Positions 51,810 to 61,378 are shown, counted from the first letter of the stretch. The stretch is DNA of 64,000 nucleotides from Minisyncoccota bacterium (GCA_021734445.1 JAIPIY010000002.1:32786-96785); one strand, 5' to 3'. Notes: generated by a model from the letters alone, not told the origin. Made by a program: numbers and translations.

Positions 51810-52319
51810 TTATTGTCGCATCATATCTAACGCACGTTCTCGTAATTTTTTATCTTGTTTTTCATCAAGATCTTCATTTAATATCTTTTCAACGCTGGCA
51901 ACAATCAAAGAAGCAGCTTGACCACGAACTTCACGCTCCATGCGTTCAAACTCTTTTTGTGATTTCTTTTTTCCATCAGTAATAATCTTGTTGTATTCCA
52001 ATTGTGCTTCTTCGGTTTTTTTCACAACAAGACTATCACCCGTTTCTTTTGCTTTTGCAATAATATCATTTGCTTCTTGACGAGCTATCATAAGAATTTC
52101 TTCTTTCTTTTGTTCAGCTGTGAGCAAATTTGTTTTTGCCAAAGCGGTGTCATCTAAACCTGCTTGAATTTCTGATTTTCTCTTTTCTATTACTTTTTGC
52201 AAAGGCTTGAATGCAAGATGTTTTAAAATAAAAAAGATAATCAAAAAATTAACAAGGTTTGCAAATGCAACCTGCCAATCAAATCCTACTTTACTTAAAA
52301 TTGCTAAAAGTCCTTCCAT
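51810..52319 (-). CDS. atpF: ATP synthase Fo subunit b
   Basis: TM NFLII...KPL..R followed by a coiled coil. Confidence 0.95.
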   Translation of the reverse strand: MEGLLAILSKVGFDWQVAFANLVNFLIIFFILKHLAFKPLQKVIEKRKSEIQAGLDDTALAKTNLLTAEQKKEEILMIARQEANDIIAKAKETGDSLVVKKTEEAQLEYNKIITDGKKKSQKEFERMEREVRGQAASLIVASVEKILNEDLDEKQDKKLRERALDMMRQ

Positions 52320-52326
52320 ATAGTTA

Positions 52327-52542
52327 TTACATCAAGAAGAATGCTACGAAAGCGTAAATCGCTGTTGATTCACACATAGCAACTCCGACGATCATTTTTG
52401 TAAACAATGAATCTCCTACATCAGGATTACGTCCAATTGCTTCCATGGCTTTACCAATAATATATCCTTCTCCCGCTGCTGTACCCACCATCGCCAAGAT
52501 AGCCATACCTTTTGCTATTAATCGTGCTGATTCTATTTCCAT
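52327..52542 (-). CDS. atpE: ATP synthase Fo subunit c
   Basis: GRNP loop, ESTAIY. Confidence 0.96.
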   Translation of the reverse strand: MEIESARLIAKGMAILAMVGTAAGEGYIIGKAMEAIGRNPDVGDSLFTKMIVGVAMCESTAIYAFVAFFLM

Positions 52543-52572
52543 ATATTTTTCAAACTTACTTTATATTAATAA

Positions 52573-53373
52573 TTACGCACGCTTTTCAGATGACGAATCT
52601 GATTTGATCGCGAGCATATAAAATACCGTCACCAAAGAACCAAATACAATTGCTTGAACAAGTGCTGAAAGCATGCTCATAGCAAACCACAGTGACGGAA
52701 CTGCATACGCTAACGAACCTATTAAAATAACCATCAAAACTTCACCGGCGTACATGTTACCAAAAAGACGCAGAGAAAGCGAGACGATTTTTGCCAATTC
52801 TCCTACAATATCTAATAGACCCAAAAAGAAATCTATTAATGACATAAAACCAGCACCAATCCCCTGTTTAAAACCTTGGAAAACTTCTTTGAATTTAAAG
52901 AATTTCCCCAGGTGCCCAAAAAATCCCCAATCACCAATACTGACAATATGAAGAACAATAACCGAACCAAACGCCAAAGCAAATGTAGTATTAAAATCTG
53001 CTGTTGGAGTTCGAAAGATTGAAATACCATCGTAGGTAATACTGGTTAAACCTGGTATTAATCCAGAGAAGTTTGCAAATCCAATAAACAAAAATAATGC
53101 TCCTAAAATATGAAAAACTTTTTTTGCATGATACTCACTGGCAGTAATTTGCATAATTAATCCAAGAACACCTTCGTACATCATTTCAAGCATTAATTGT
53201 CCTTTACCAGGCAGGGTAGATAATTTTGGTCGCATAATAAGAAGCCCAACAAAAAGAAATAATGCGATAGCAAAAAGATATAATGTAGTGTTAGATATTT
53301 GAAAAGATCCGATTGAAAAAATAAAATCGGGTTGAATGCTGGGTATTGCTCTTTTAAATTGAAACCATTCCAT
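52573..53373 (-). CDS. atpB: ATP synthase Fo subunit a
   Basis: PTADFNTT, SLSLRLFGNM. Confidence 0.96.
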   Translation of the reverse strand: MEWFQFKRAIPSIQPDFIFSIGSFQISNTTLYLFAIALFLFVGLLIMRPKLSTLPGKGQLMLEMMYEGVLGLIMQITASEYHAKKVFHILGALFLFIGFANFSGLIPGLTSITYDGISIFRTPTADFNTTFALAFGSVIVLHIVSIGDWGFFGHLGKFFKFKEVFQGFKQGIGAGFMSLIDFFLGLLDIVGELAKIVSLSLRLFGNMYAGEVLMVILIGSLAYAVPSLWFAMSMLSALVQAIVFGSLVTVFYMLAIKSDSSSEKRA

Positions 53374-53382
53374 ATATTTTTA

Positions 53383-53652
53383 CTATTCAGTAGTGGTGTT
53401 ATTTTCCTTGTTATCTGGTCGTTCTTTTTGTAGTGCACGATATCGAGCCGCAAAAACAATCCACGATAGAATATATGCTGCAACAAGAAGCGGAATAATA
53501 ATATCTAATTCGTAATTATTTTTTAAATATTTACCGATCAAAACACTAACGATTGCAGGAGCTGCAAAATATCCCAATATTTCAAAACTAAAATAAAATA
53601 GTCGATTGGTGTATTTTTGACGCTCTTGTGTTTTTTGATTATTTTCTTCCAT
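53383..53652 (-). CDS. AtpZ/AtpI-family 2-TM protein
   Basis: First gene of the atp operon; two TM helices with GKYL. Confidence 0.75.
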   Translation of the reverse strand: MEENNQKTQERQKYTNRLFYFSFEILGYFAAPAIVSVLIGKYLKNNYELDIIIPLLVAAYILSWIVFAARYRALQKERPDNKENNTTTE

Positions 53653-53697
53653 AGAAATGAAACCCTACGCGTATCCTAGATGAGTAACTTTTTTATA

Positions 53698-53808
53698 TCC
53701 AGGAAACAGGCCTCTATTCTTCTTGAGTGTTTTAATGAGAGATATCTCGAAATAGACTTCCCTGGAAAAAACACCCAAGACACAAGCAAAAGAGGCGCCT
53801 ATCCTGAA
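53698..53808 (-). promoter_or_regulatory. Structured 5' leader RNA of the atp operon
   Basis: Nested 7-, 6- and 13-bp stems starting just after a TTGCAT-16-TATAAT promoter. Confidence 0.55.
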
Positions 53809-53917
53809 CGCACATAATTATACACCTTGTCTTCTAAAATGCAAGCACGCCACAAAGAATTTACACACGCAAACCAAAGTTGCGATATTATACCTTTTTT
53901 GCTATAGTAGTGTGCAT

Positions 53918-53935
53918 GCAGCTGTAGCTCAGGTG
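53918..53935 (+). pseudogene. 5' tRNA fragment (acceptor strand plus start of the D-arm)
   Basis: GCAGCTGTAGCTCAGGTG shares CTGTAGCTCAGGTG with the tRNA-Ile 35 nt downstream. Confidence 0.6.
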
Positions 53936-53952
53936 ATCTTTGAAAATTTCGT

Positions 53953-54026
53953 GCGACTGTAGCTCAGGTGGTTAGAGCGCGTCACTGATAATGACGAGGT
54001 CCCAGGTTCGAGTCCTGGCAGTCGCA
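53953..54026 (+). tRNA. tRNA-Ile(GAT)
   Basis: GCGACTG...CGTCA-CT-GAT-AA-TGACG...CCAGG-TTCGAGT-CCTGG-CAGTCGC-A; no encoded CCA. Confidence 0.95.
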
Positions 54027-54055
54027 CAAAGTTTTCAAAAGAATAAGGGGGTTCA

Positions 54056-54090
54056 AAAATAAAAAACCGCATGATGCGGTTTTTTATTTT
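54056..54090. terminator. Bidirectional terminator
   Basis: AAAATAAAAAACCGCAT-G-ATGCGGTTTTTTATTTT. Confidence 0.8.
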
Positions 54091-54104
54091 CCTTCTTTTA
54101 TCAA

Positions 54105-54461
54105 TTATTCTATCTCTTGAATATTCTGTAAAACAACTGTATTATCTTGTATCTCATAAGTAAAACTTGCATGGCCCTGAATATGCCCGTCTTCGTATAT
54201 GAATTCCCCATTATGCAATGATTCATTTACGGTAATTTCTACTACATAAAATGTTCCACCCAATACCGGTTCTTCGGGTACAATAGTAGTAATATTTTCA
54301 CGAATATAATTTTCTACCAAAAAGATTTCATCCACGACAGTTTCTTTTTCATCTAACACTACTGGAGCTTCGGCTATTTCTTTTGATACAAATAGATCAC
54401 TGGTAATAACAAAAATCCCAACGATAACAAGAACAACAATAAATAAAACTTTTTTCTTCAT
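54105..54461 (-). CDS. Membrane-anchored hypothetical protein
   Basis: N-terminal TM helix; PVLGGTFYV..YEDGH. Confidence 0.75.
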   Translation of the reverse strand: MKKKVLFIVVLVIVGIFVITSDLFVSKEIAEAPVVLDEKETVVDEIFLVENYIRENITTIVPEEPVLGGTFYVVEITVNESLHNGEFIYEDGHIQGHASFTYEIQDNTVVLQNIQEIE

Positions 54462-54484
54462 ATATACAGTATATCACTTCTCTA

Positions 54485-54519
54485 TTATAAAAACCCCGCC
54501 GTAGCGGGGTTTTTATAAT
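54485..54519. terminator. Terminator
   Basis: ATTATAAAAACCCCGC-CGTA-GCGGGGTTTTTATAAT. Confidence 0.8.
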
Positions 54520-54525
54520 TTTTAT

Positions 54526-54861
54526 TTATTCAAGTTCGTTTTTCAAGTCCTCGATTGCAGCATCTACTTCGCTAGAATCTGCAGCCGCAGGTCGTGCAAC
54601 TGATTTCATTCCCCCTTCTGGTTCTGTGATTTTCAGGTTAACGCGTGCATTATGTTTCATTCCTACAACACGAAGAAGAGTTCGTACTGCCTTTGCAGTA
54701 TTTCCTTTTCGACCGATAACTTTACCCATATCTTCTGGGTTAAGATCCAATGTCAAAAGTACTCCCATGTCGTCAACTGTCCGTGTGATTTTTACATCAT
54801 TTGGATGGTCAACTAATCCCTTGATAACGTACGAAAGAAATTCTTGTGCTTGATCATTCAT
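54526..54861 (-). CDS. khpA: KH-domain RNA-binding protein (KhpA)
   Basis: EDMGKVIGRKGNTAKAVR; follows rpsP. Confidence 0.9.
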   Translation of the reverse strand: MNDQAQEFLSYVIKGLVDHPNDVKITRTVDDMGVLLTLDLNPEDMGKVIGRKGNTAKAVRTLLRVVGMKHNARVNLKITEPEGGMKSVARPAAADSSEVDAAIEDLKNELE

Positions 54862-54969
54862 GATAATTCTGTCTTTTCTTTTTATTTGTTAATAGTATAT
54901 ATACATGTTCGAACATGAATATATACATCCATTGTATCCATACCAAGAACCCCTGTCAACAGGTATAAT

Positions 54970-55003
54970 AAAAAAATATCCCGCACAGGCGGGATATTTT
55001 TTT
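54970..55003. terminator. Terminator after rpsP
   Basis: AAAAAAATATCCCGC-ACAG-GCGGGATATTTTTTT. Confidence 0.8.
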
Positions 55004-55301
55004 ATTTCTTTTCTTTTCGTTTTGGAGATGGAGATTTCTTTGGAAGAACATTTTTTTTCTTTCCTTCGATGATACCCTCTTTTACCAAATGATTGAAAAT
55101 AGTATCAGACATCTGAGCACCCTGAGCTATCCATTCTTGTACTTTTTCTTTCTTTACTGCAAAATTTCCAAGTTTAGGATTATAAGAACCAAGAACCTCT
55201 AAAAACTTTCCGCTTTTTGGGCCGTTTTGTTTTTCTGTTACAACCACACGAAATTGTGGGTCATTTTTTCGCCCTGTTCTTTGTAATCGAATCATTAACA
55301 T
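55002..55301 (-). CDS. rpsP: 30S ribosomal protein S16
   Basis: MLMIRLQRTGRK.P.FRVVV..GKFLE.LG.YNP..GAQMS. Confidence 0.96.
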   Translation of the reverse strand: MLMIRLQRTGRKNDPQFRVVVTEKQNGPKSGKFLEVLGSYNPKLGNFAVKKEKVQEWIAQGAQMSDTIFNHLVKEGIIEGKKKNVLPKKSPSPKRKEKK

Positions 55302-55415
55302 ACGGAGAGATAGTATCACGAGCCAACAAAAAAAGCAAGCTTGCGTCAACGCTGATATACAAAGGTCATAATCTACCCTATCACCAAAAATCGTATTGTA
55401 TGGTATACTAGGGCC

Positions 55416-57485
55416 ATGAAATCTAAACAATCAGGAAATTCTGAACACAAAAAAAATGCTGGCAAATCAGCCCCATATCAAAAAAATAAAAAACCAAACC
55501 GCACAAAAGTAGGATCAAAAAACCTTTTTCAGTCTCAATCTGCACCAAAGAAAAAAATAGACAACAATAAACCTAAAGAATCAAAAATCGCTGAATCAAA
55601 ATTCCGCATTGGAAGAAACAGTATTCCATTCATAGTGATCAAAGGACAAAAATCATCAGACGATATTGTTATTGATATTCCTTCAGATCTTTCTCATCAG
55701 GCATTACATGGAGATATCGTATCGGTATCCTATGAACAACAAGGGTCATCATACGAAGTTACCAAACTAGATATTGTGCGTCGTGCAAAAACAGGAATAG
55801 TAGGAACACTGGCTAAACATGGGCAAGAATATACTATTATTCCCGATGATGAACGTATGCACATGCGCGTATCTATTGCTGAATCAGATATCAATGATGC
55901 AAAATTAGGTGAGAAGGTCTACATAGAAATCAAAGAATGGTACCAATCGCATATTATTGGTTCGGTACGCCAAGTATTAGGAAAACCAGGAGAAAATAAT
56001 GCTGAAATGATTGCATTCGCTATGGAGCATGGTTTTGATATTCATTACCCCCAAGATGCCCTGGACGAAGCAGAAAAATTAGATGAACAAACTATTGCAG
56101 ACGAAGCACCAAATCGAAAAGATATGCGTGGTGTAGGAACATTCACTATCGACCCCGAAGATGCAAAAGATTTTGATGATGCTCTGTCATTGAAAATATT
56201 AGAAAATGACACCTATGAATTAGGCATACACATTGCTGATGTTTCTTTTTATGTACAAGAAGGTAGCGCCCTGGACCGCGAAGCCCAGGAACGTGCAACA
56301 TCAGTATATCTGGTAGACCGCACTATTCCCATGCTACCGGAAAAACTTTCGAATGAACTTTGTAGTTTAAAGCAAGATGTTGACCGTCTGGCAATGTCAG
56401 CAATTTTTACTATCAAAAAAGATGGTACAGTATTAGACTCATGGTTTGGCAGAACGATTATTCGGTCTCAAAAAAGATTTACCTATGCAGAAGCTCAAGA
56501 TGTATTGGACACCAAAGAAGGTCCTTTTGCAAATGAGCTACAACATATTTTAGCAATCTCGAAACATCTAGAAAAAGGTCGCCAAGAAAATGGTGCCCTG
56601 ATTATGGATTCAGACGAAGTAAAATTCGTATTAGATGAAACGGGAAAACCTATTCGCGCTGCAGTAAAAGAACGATTGGCAACCATGAAACTCATCGAAG
56701 AATGTATGCTTTTGGCAAACCGAAGGATTGCAGAACACATGAGCAAAGAAAGTGGAGAAAATATTTTCGTATATCGTATTCATGAACGACCCAACGAAGA
56801 AAAGATGCACAATCTTATTATTTATCTTGGACAATTGGGATATACCATTTCTTCAAAAAATGATGTCGTAGATCCACGGGATTTAAATGCTCTTATACGA
56901 AGTGTTTCTGACAAAGATGCACAATCGATGATTCAAACTGCTATTGTGCGATCTATGGCAAAAGCAATCTATACTACGGACAATGTAGGTCATTATGGAT
57001 TAGGTTTTGAACACTATACCCATTTTACATCTCCTATTCGACGTTATCCAGATATTTTGGTACACCGATTATTAATGTATCATACCCAAGGTAAACCCTT
57101 ACCAAAAAATGCATTACAATTTTACCAAGAACAATCCATGCATTCTTCACGCCGAGAACGAGACGCTCAAGAAGCTGAATGGGATTCTATTAAATACAAA
57201 CAAGTAGAATATATGAGCACCCGTATTGGAGAAACTTTTGACGGAGTTGTTTCTGGGGTATCACAAATGGGTATCTTCGTGCAAGAAAGAACCACTCGCT
57301 CCGAAGGATTAATCCGCATGCGACATTTGCCAGGTAATGTTGAATACAATGACGCGACGCGAACTATTCAAAATGGAAAAGGAGAAACGGCATTCTTTAT
57401 TGGACAATCTATTACCATCCGAGTCTCAGCCACGAATCAAATACGAAAAACTATTGATTATGATCTTGTAGCTGTCGAAGCATAA
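55416..57485 (+). CDS. rnr: Ribonuclease R
   Basis: TIDPEDAKDFDDA, HIADVS, HFTSPIRRYPD, C-terminal S1 domain. Confidence 0.95.
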   Translation: MKSKQSGNSEHKKNAGKSAPYQKNKKPNRTKVGSKNLFQSQSAPKKKIDNNKPKESKIAESKFRIGRNSIPFIVIKGQKSSDDIVIDIPSDLSHQALHGDIVSVSYEQQGSSYEVTKLDIVRRAKTGIVGTLAKHGQEYTIIPDDERMHMRVSIAESDINDAKLGEKVYIEIKEWYQSHIIGSVRQVLGKPGENNAEMIAFAMEHGFDIHYPQDALDEAEKLDEQTIADEAPNRKDMRGVGTFTIDPEDAKDFDDALSLKILENDTYELGIHIADVSFYVQEGSALDREAQERATSVYLVDRTIPMLPEKLSNELCSLKQDVDRLAMSAIFTIKKDGTVLDSWFGRTIIRSQKRFTYAEAQDVLDTKEGPFANELQHILAISKHLEKGRQENGALIMDSDEVKFVLDETGKPIRAAVKERLATMKLIEECMLLANRRIAEHMSKESGENIFVYRIHERPNEEKMHNLIIYLGQLGYTISSKNDVVDPRDLNALIRSVSDKDAQSMIQTAIVRSMAKAIYTTDNVGHYGLGFEHYTHFTSPIRRYPDILVHRLLMYHTQGKPLPKNALQFYQEQSMHSSRRERDAQEAEWDSIKYKQVEYMSTRIGETFDGVVSGVSQMGIFVQERTTRSEGLIRMRHLPGNVEYNDATRTIQNGKGETAFFIGQSITIRVSATNQIRKTIDYDLVAVEA

Positions 57486-57519
57486 ATTAAAAAACCGCAC
57501 ATGGTGCGGTTTTTTAATT
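57486..57519. terminator. Bidirectional terminator
   Basis: AATTAAAAAACCGCAC-ATG-GTGCGGTTTTTTAATT. Confidence 0.8.
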
Positions 57520-57526
57520 ATGGCAA

Positions 57527-57832
57527 TTATGCTAAATACGATTGTTTGAAAACCAATAATTCTGCCGCAATCAATTGAGATAGATCAGGAATTGCAGAAA
57601 GAAAGAATTCTTGCATTTGCTCATCTGCGGTATCAGCATCTAAAAGTGTATTAAATTCTTCTAATTTTTCAGTAGATAAATTACCAATAATAACAGCATT
57701 GATACGATCTTCTAATTGATTCAACAGATCTGATTTAATTTGATCAATGACTTCTTTTTCCAAATCTGTTGGAAATTTCTTTTCTTCGTATAATCGCTCA
57801 ACGAATGATTCTAAATTAAGATTTTGATTCAT
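57527..57832 (-). CDS. Small acidic helical protein (DUF5663-like)
   Basis: LEDRINAVII..LSTEKLEEF..LL...FF...IPD pattern, recalled from CPR proteins. Confidence 0.7.
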   Translation of the reverse strand: MNQNLNLESFVERLYEEKKFPTDLEKEVIDQIKSDLLNQLEDRINAVIIGNLSTEKLEEFNTLLDADTADEQMQEFFLSAIPDLSQLIAAELLVFKQSYLA

Positions 57833-57839
57833 GATATAT

Positions 57840-60800
57840 TTATATTATTTTTGTAATAGTAATAGAACCTTTTTTAAATGCATTTTCTGCATCACTGACA
57901 CCAAAGCTATCTTTTGAAACTTCGCCTGTTTCTTTGCTTTTAACCTCAACCTTGATATCTTTGAAAATCCAACCCTTAACCCCAGTTACAGTGTATGTAT
58001 TTTTGGTATCTTCGAATTCTGTTCCTGTTTTTAACAGGTCAGCACTGGTGAAGACTTGTTCTAACGAGGAGGCTTTTGGTTTTTCTTGTACGATAATAGG
58101 AGCTACAATAGGTCCACCTATTTTTGCAGTTTCTCCAGATTTTTCTTTGATTACCTCTACGGTTTCTTCTTTTTCTTGGTTACCAATAAGAAGCGCCTCT
58201 AGTCCTGTTGCAATAATATCTAATTCGGTCTTGTTGAAAACCACAGGTGTACCATCTGGAATGTTTTTCATTTCTTGATATTTATTACGTCCATATTCAG
58301 AAGAAAAATCCCCTTCTGAAATCATAATAATACCCTCTGATGATTGAATCTTTTTATTCAACATTTCAATGTCTTTTTTCATTGCATCTGGTGATCGTTC
58401 GGGAGAACTCATAGCCTCCTTTTCTGGAACAATCACAATAGTTTCTTCTGGGGTGATTACCGTAGCGCGAGAAAGTATTCCCTCTATTTCATCTCCAATA
58501 ACCTGCATTTCGCTTTTATTAAAAGTTACAGGAATACCTTCTTGAATAAAAGATAATTCTTGATAACGTTTTTTTCCATAAGCAGATTTAAAATCATCTT
58601 CTGTAACAGTAATAATCCCTTCTGATGATTGGATCTTTTTATTAATCATTCTCAGATCATCTTGCATGCCCTGATATTCTTCCTGAGTTATTTTTATTGA
58701 CTCGTCAGTTTTTTCCTTTTCTCCTTCAACAGTCAAAATAGAAGCAATGATAGGGCCACCAGTTTTTTTGTCTGCCCCTTTTTCTTTTTTGTCTTTTGCA
58801 ACCAAAGTTTCTAACGGTGTTCGTGGAACGACAGGAATAAAATATGGAGGCTCTGTATCTAACGGCAATTCTAGATTATGTACAGGATAATCATCATATG
58901 TTGGGATTATTGATTCAATATTGTTATTGTTTTCACCAACCAATGTTGCCAATGGTTTTACGTGTTCGACGCCATCTTGTTCACCAAATGATTGTACGAC
59001 TTCGGCAAAACGTCCTTTGAAAACCGCCTGACCATCTTCGGTAGCAAAAAATAATTTCCCTATTTCACTATCCGGATCAATTACTGCATTCCCGTTTGTA
59101 TCTATAGGAACCTCAAACACATGGTGTTGTGTATCCTGAGATAAAGAGAAGATCATTTTTAATGTTCCCTCTTTCATTTTTTCTTGTGCATCTACTGAAA
59201 AACCATCATGAAAAGATCCATCTTCTGTCATGCGCGCCATATTAAGAACATAGTTACCATCGGCATCGATACCTGTACCACCACCCCAATCAAGACGTAA
59301 TTCGTTTTTATCAAAAATTAATGTATCATTATCATACCAGGCGTCACGGGTAATATGTTGAGTCCCTTCATGAGTTTCCACATATTCTGCTGCTGTCTGA
59401 GTTACCTGTTTGGTGCCCTCTATCAACGTATGTGTAGTATTTGCAACAACGCCAGTTTCTCCTAATCGAGCCAAAGATCCAGCGTCTAAATTACCATCCG
59501 CATCAAAAGATAGTTTGATATTATCTGAAATAACAACATCACCCTTGAGAACATCAAAAGTTCCATCTAGATTTTTAATAATACTGGTGCCCTCTGGAGT
59601 ATTAAAAGTAACTCCATCTACAGTTGTTGTTACAGGATTATCCAGACCCATAGTAGAGGGGTCATTCATTATCCATCCACGCAAATGCTCTAGTGGTGTT
59701 TGAATTCTATTTTCATCTCCACCATTTTTCAAGAAACCTTCGATAATCCCCTGGGTATCATCTTTAAAGAATGCCACTGCTTCTTGTACGACGCCGCCAA
59801 TCACAAGACCACTAAGAGCGGTTGCCCCCACTTTCATTGCGACACGCTTTGCTTTGTATCTACTAAATGCTTTATCTTTTGCAGAAATACCCTGTTCACC
59901 ACCCATTAAAGAATCTTCTACAGTTTTTGCTTGTTTTGCAAGATAACTATCAAAAGTTTCACCTTCTGGAATACCCCCTTTTAATCCGGCTTCTATTTTC
60001 TTTCGTAATTCTACTTTTGCTTTTGCTGTTAAAATGGTTAAATCAGTTCTTTCTTTTTCTACACTACCAATATCAGTATATGAGATGAGATCGATTCTCT
60101 TTTTTGCATTCAAAGAATTTCGTGCTTCGATAGAAGCCAATTGTGCAAATATGGCACTCATTTCTTCTTCTTTGATATTTTTTATTGTTTCATTTCCTTC
60201 GGCATCTTTTTCAAAAACAAGTCCGCGCAATTTTGTTGCCAAGACAGATGATTTTTCCATCTGGTATTGATGTTCGTTTATTTGTTCTCGTCGTTTTGAA
60301 TCTTTTTCAAATGTTCCACCTTCGGCCATTTCTAATCCATGTTGAGCGCGTTCTAATGCAACGCGTTGGCTTTCATTCATACCAGCAAACGCACTGGACA
60401 CCGCAACAGCAGCACCAAAAGTACCCCATGCAGCAGCCTGAGATCCTAGTACCTTTTTCCCCATACCAACACTAAGAGAATATGCAATTCCAACCCCGGT
60501 AGATAATACAGCAGGACTGACAAACCGTCCGACTTTTGATTTTTTCATCCAATCAACACCACGGTCAACCATATTAAAATGTGCCTCTGTTTTTAGACTA
60601 CTTTTTGCTTTTCCTAAAATAATATTTGTTTCCAAATCTAATTCTTTTATTGATGCACCATGTTCCACTGCCAATCGGGCATTTTCTGCAATTTCCAAAA
60701 GATTATCTGCATACATGTTGGGACCTTTTGTCGTATCATCATTTTCTAATGTATTTAAAACACGATTTTTTTCGTTTATAAAAATTTCTTTTGATATCAG

Positions 60801-61277
60801 ACCTTGTGCATATTTTTGTACAATATCTTGAATATTTGTTTTTGCAGTGATAGTTTTTGCATCTTTTGCATCGAGAACCTTTTTCTCTTCTCCTTCGCTT
60901 AACGTGCCTTCATATTCAGAAACAAATCGTTCTGTAATAGCACCCATAGCAGCAACATGATCTGGATTTGATTTTTCCGATCTACGTGTATAAATGTTTC
61001 CTGTATTTTTTATTTCTTCACGAACTTTGTTTATTTCTCGTTGACGATAGTATTCATCAAAAAAAGTATGCTTCCAAAGCTTTTTAATAAACCCAGCTCC
61101 AGATTTTGATTCTGTCATGTATGCATCCGCAGCTTTCTTTGCTTCTGCTTCTGCAATTTCTTCTATGTTTACAACTGAAATACCTTTTTTAATTTTTTCC
61201 AATGCTTTATTTTTAGCATCTTCAGAAATTTCTTCTTCAGATTTAGGAACAGTAGGTGCGTTTTCACTCATATGCAT
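57840..61277 (-). CDS. Large (1145 aa) hypothetical protein with hydrophobic segments and internal repeats
   Basis: Long uninterrupted ORF; Gly/Ala-rich hydrophobic segments; duplicated NKKIQSSEGII domain. Confidence 0.85.
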   Translation of the reverse strand: MHMSENAPTVPKSEEEISEDAKNKALEKIKKGISVVNIEEIAEAEAKKAADAYMTESKSGAGFIKKLWKHTFFDEYYRQREINKVREEIKNTGNIYTRRSEKSNPDHVAAMGAITERFVSEYEGTLSEGEEKKVLDAKDAKTITAKTNIQDIVQKYAQGLISKEIFINEKNRVLNTLENDDTTKGPNMYADNLLEIAENARLAVEHGASIKELDLETNIILGKAKSSLKTEAHFNMVDRGVDWMKKSKVGRFVSPAVLSTGVGIAYSLSVGMGKKVLGSQAAAWGTFGAAVAVSSAFAGMNESQRVALERAQHGLEMAEGGTFEKDSKRREQINEHQYQMEKSSVLATKLRGLVFEKDAEGNETIKNIKEEEMSAIFAQLASIEARNSLNAKKRIDLISYTDIGSVEKERTDLTILTAKAKVELRKKIEAGLKGGIPEGETFDSYLAKQAKTVEDSLMGGEQGISAKDKAFSRYKAKRVAMKVGATALSGLVIGGVVQEAVAFFKDDTQGIIEGFLKNGGDENRIQTPLEHLRGWIMNDPSTMGLDNPVTTTVDGVTFNTPEGTSIIKNLDGTFDVLKGDVVISDNIKLSFDADGNLDAGSLARLGETGVVANTTHTLIEGTKQVTQTAAEYVETHEGTQHITRDAWYDNDTLIFDKNELRLDWGGGTGIDADGNYVLNMARMTEDGSFHDGFSVDAQEKMKEGTLKMIFSLSQDTQHHVFEVPIDTNGNAVIDPDSEIGKLFFATEDGQAVFKGRFAEVVQSFGEQDGVEHVKPLATLVGENNNNIESIIPTYDDYPVHNLELPLDTEPPYFIPVVPRTPLETLVAKDKKEKGADKKTGGPIIASILTVEGEKEKTDESIKITQEEYQGMQDDLRMINKKIQSSEGIITVTEDDFKSAYGKKRYQELSFIQEGIPVTFNKSEMQVIGDEIEGILSRATVITPEETIVIVPEKEAMSSPERSPDAMKKDIEMLNKKIQSSEGIIMISEGDFSSEYGRNKYQEMKNIPDGTPVVFNKTELDIIATGLEALLIGNQEKEETVEVIKEKSGETAKIGGPIVAPIIVQEKPKASSLEQVFTSADLLKTGTEFEDTKNTYTVTGVKGWIFKDIKVEVKSKETGEVSKDSFGVSDAENAFKKGSITITKII

Positions 61278-61319
61278 TTAATTATACTAAAAAGATTCTA
61301 CAATTGATAATATGTTTTT

Positions 61320-61348
61320 ATTATACACTATATATTATACTATGTCAA
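61320..61348 (-). promoter_or_regulatory. Perfect consensus sigma70 promoter
   Basis: TTGACA-17-TATAAT on the minus strand. Confidence 0.8.
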
Positions 61349-61378
61349 TATACACATTTACCTCCTTGAACCCCTTAA

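Noticed and set aside
53698-53808. Assignment as SRP (ffs) or 6S RNA
   Set aside because: It lacks the SRP domain IV motif and is short for 6S; kept as an unknown structured RNA.
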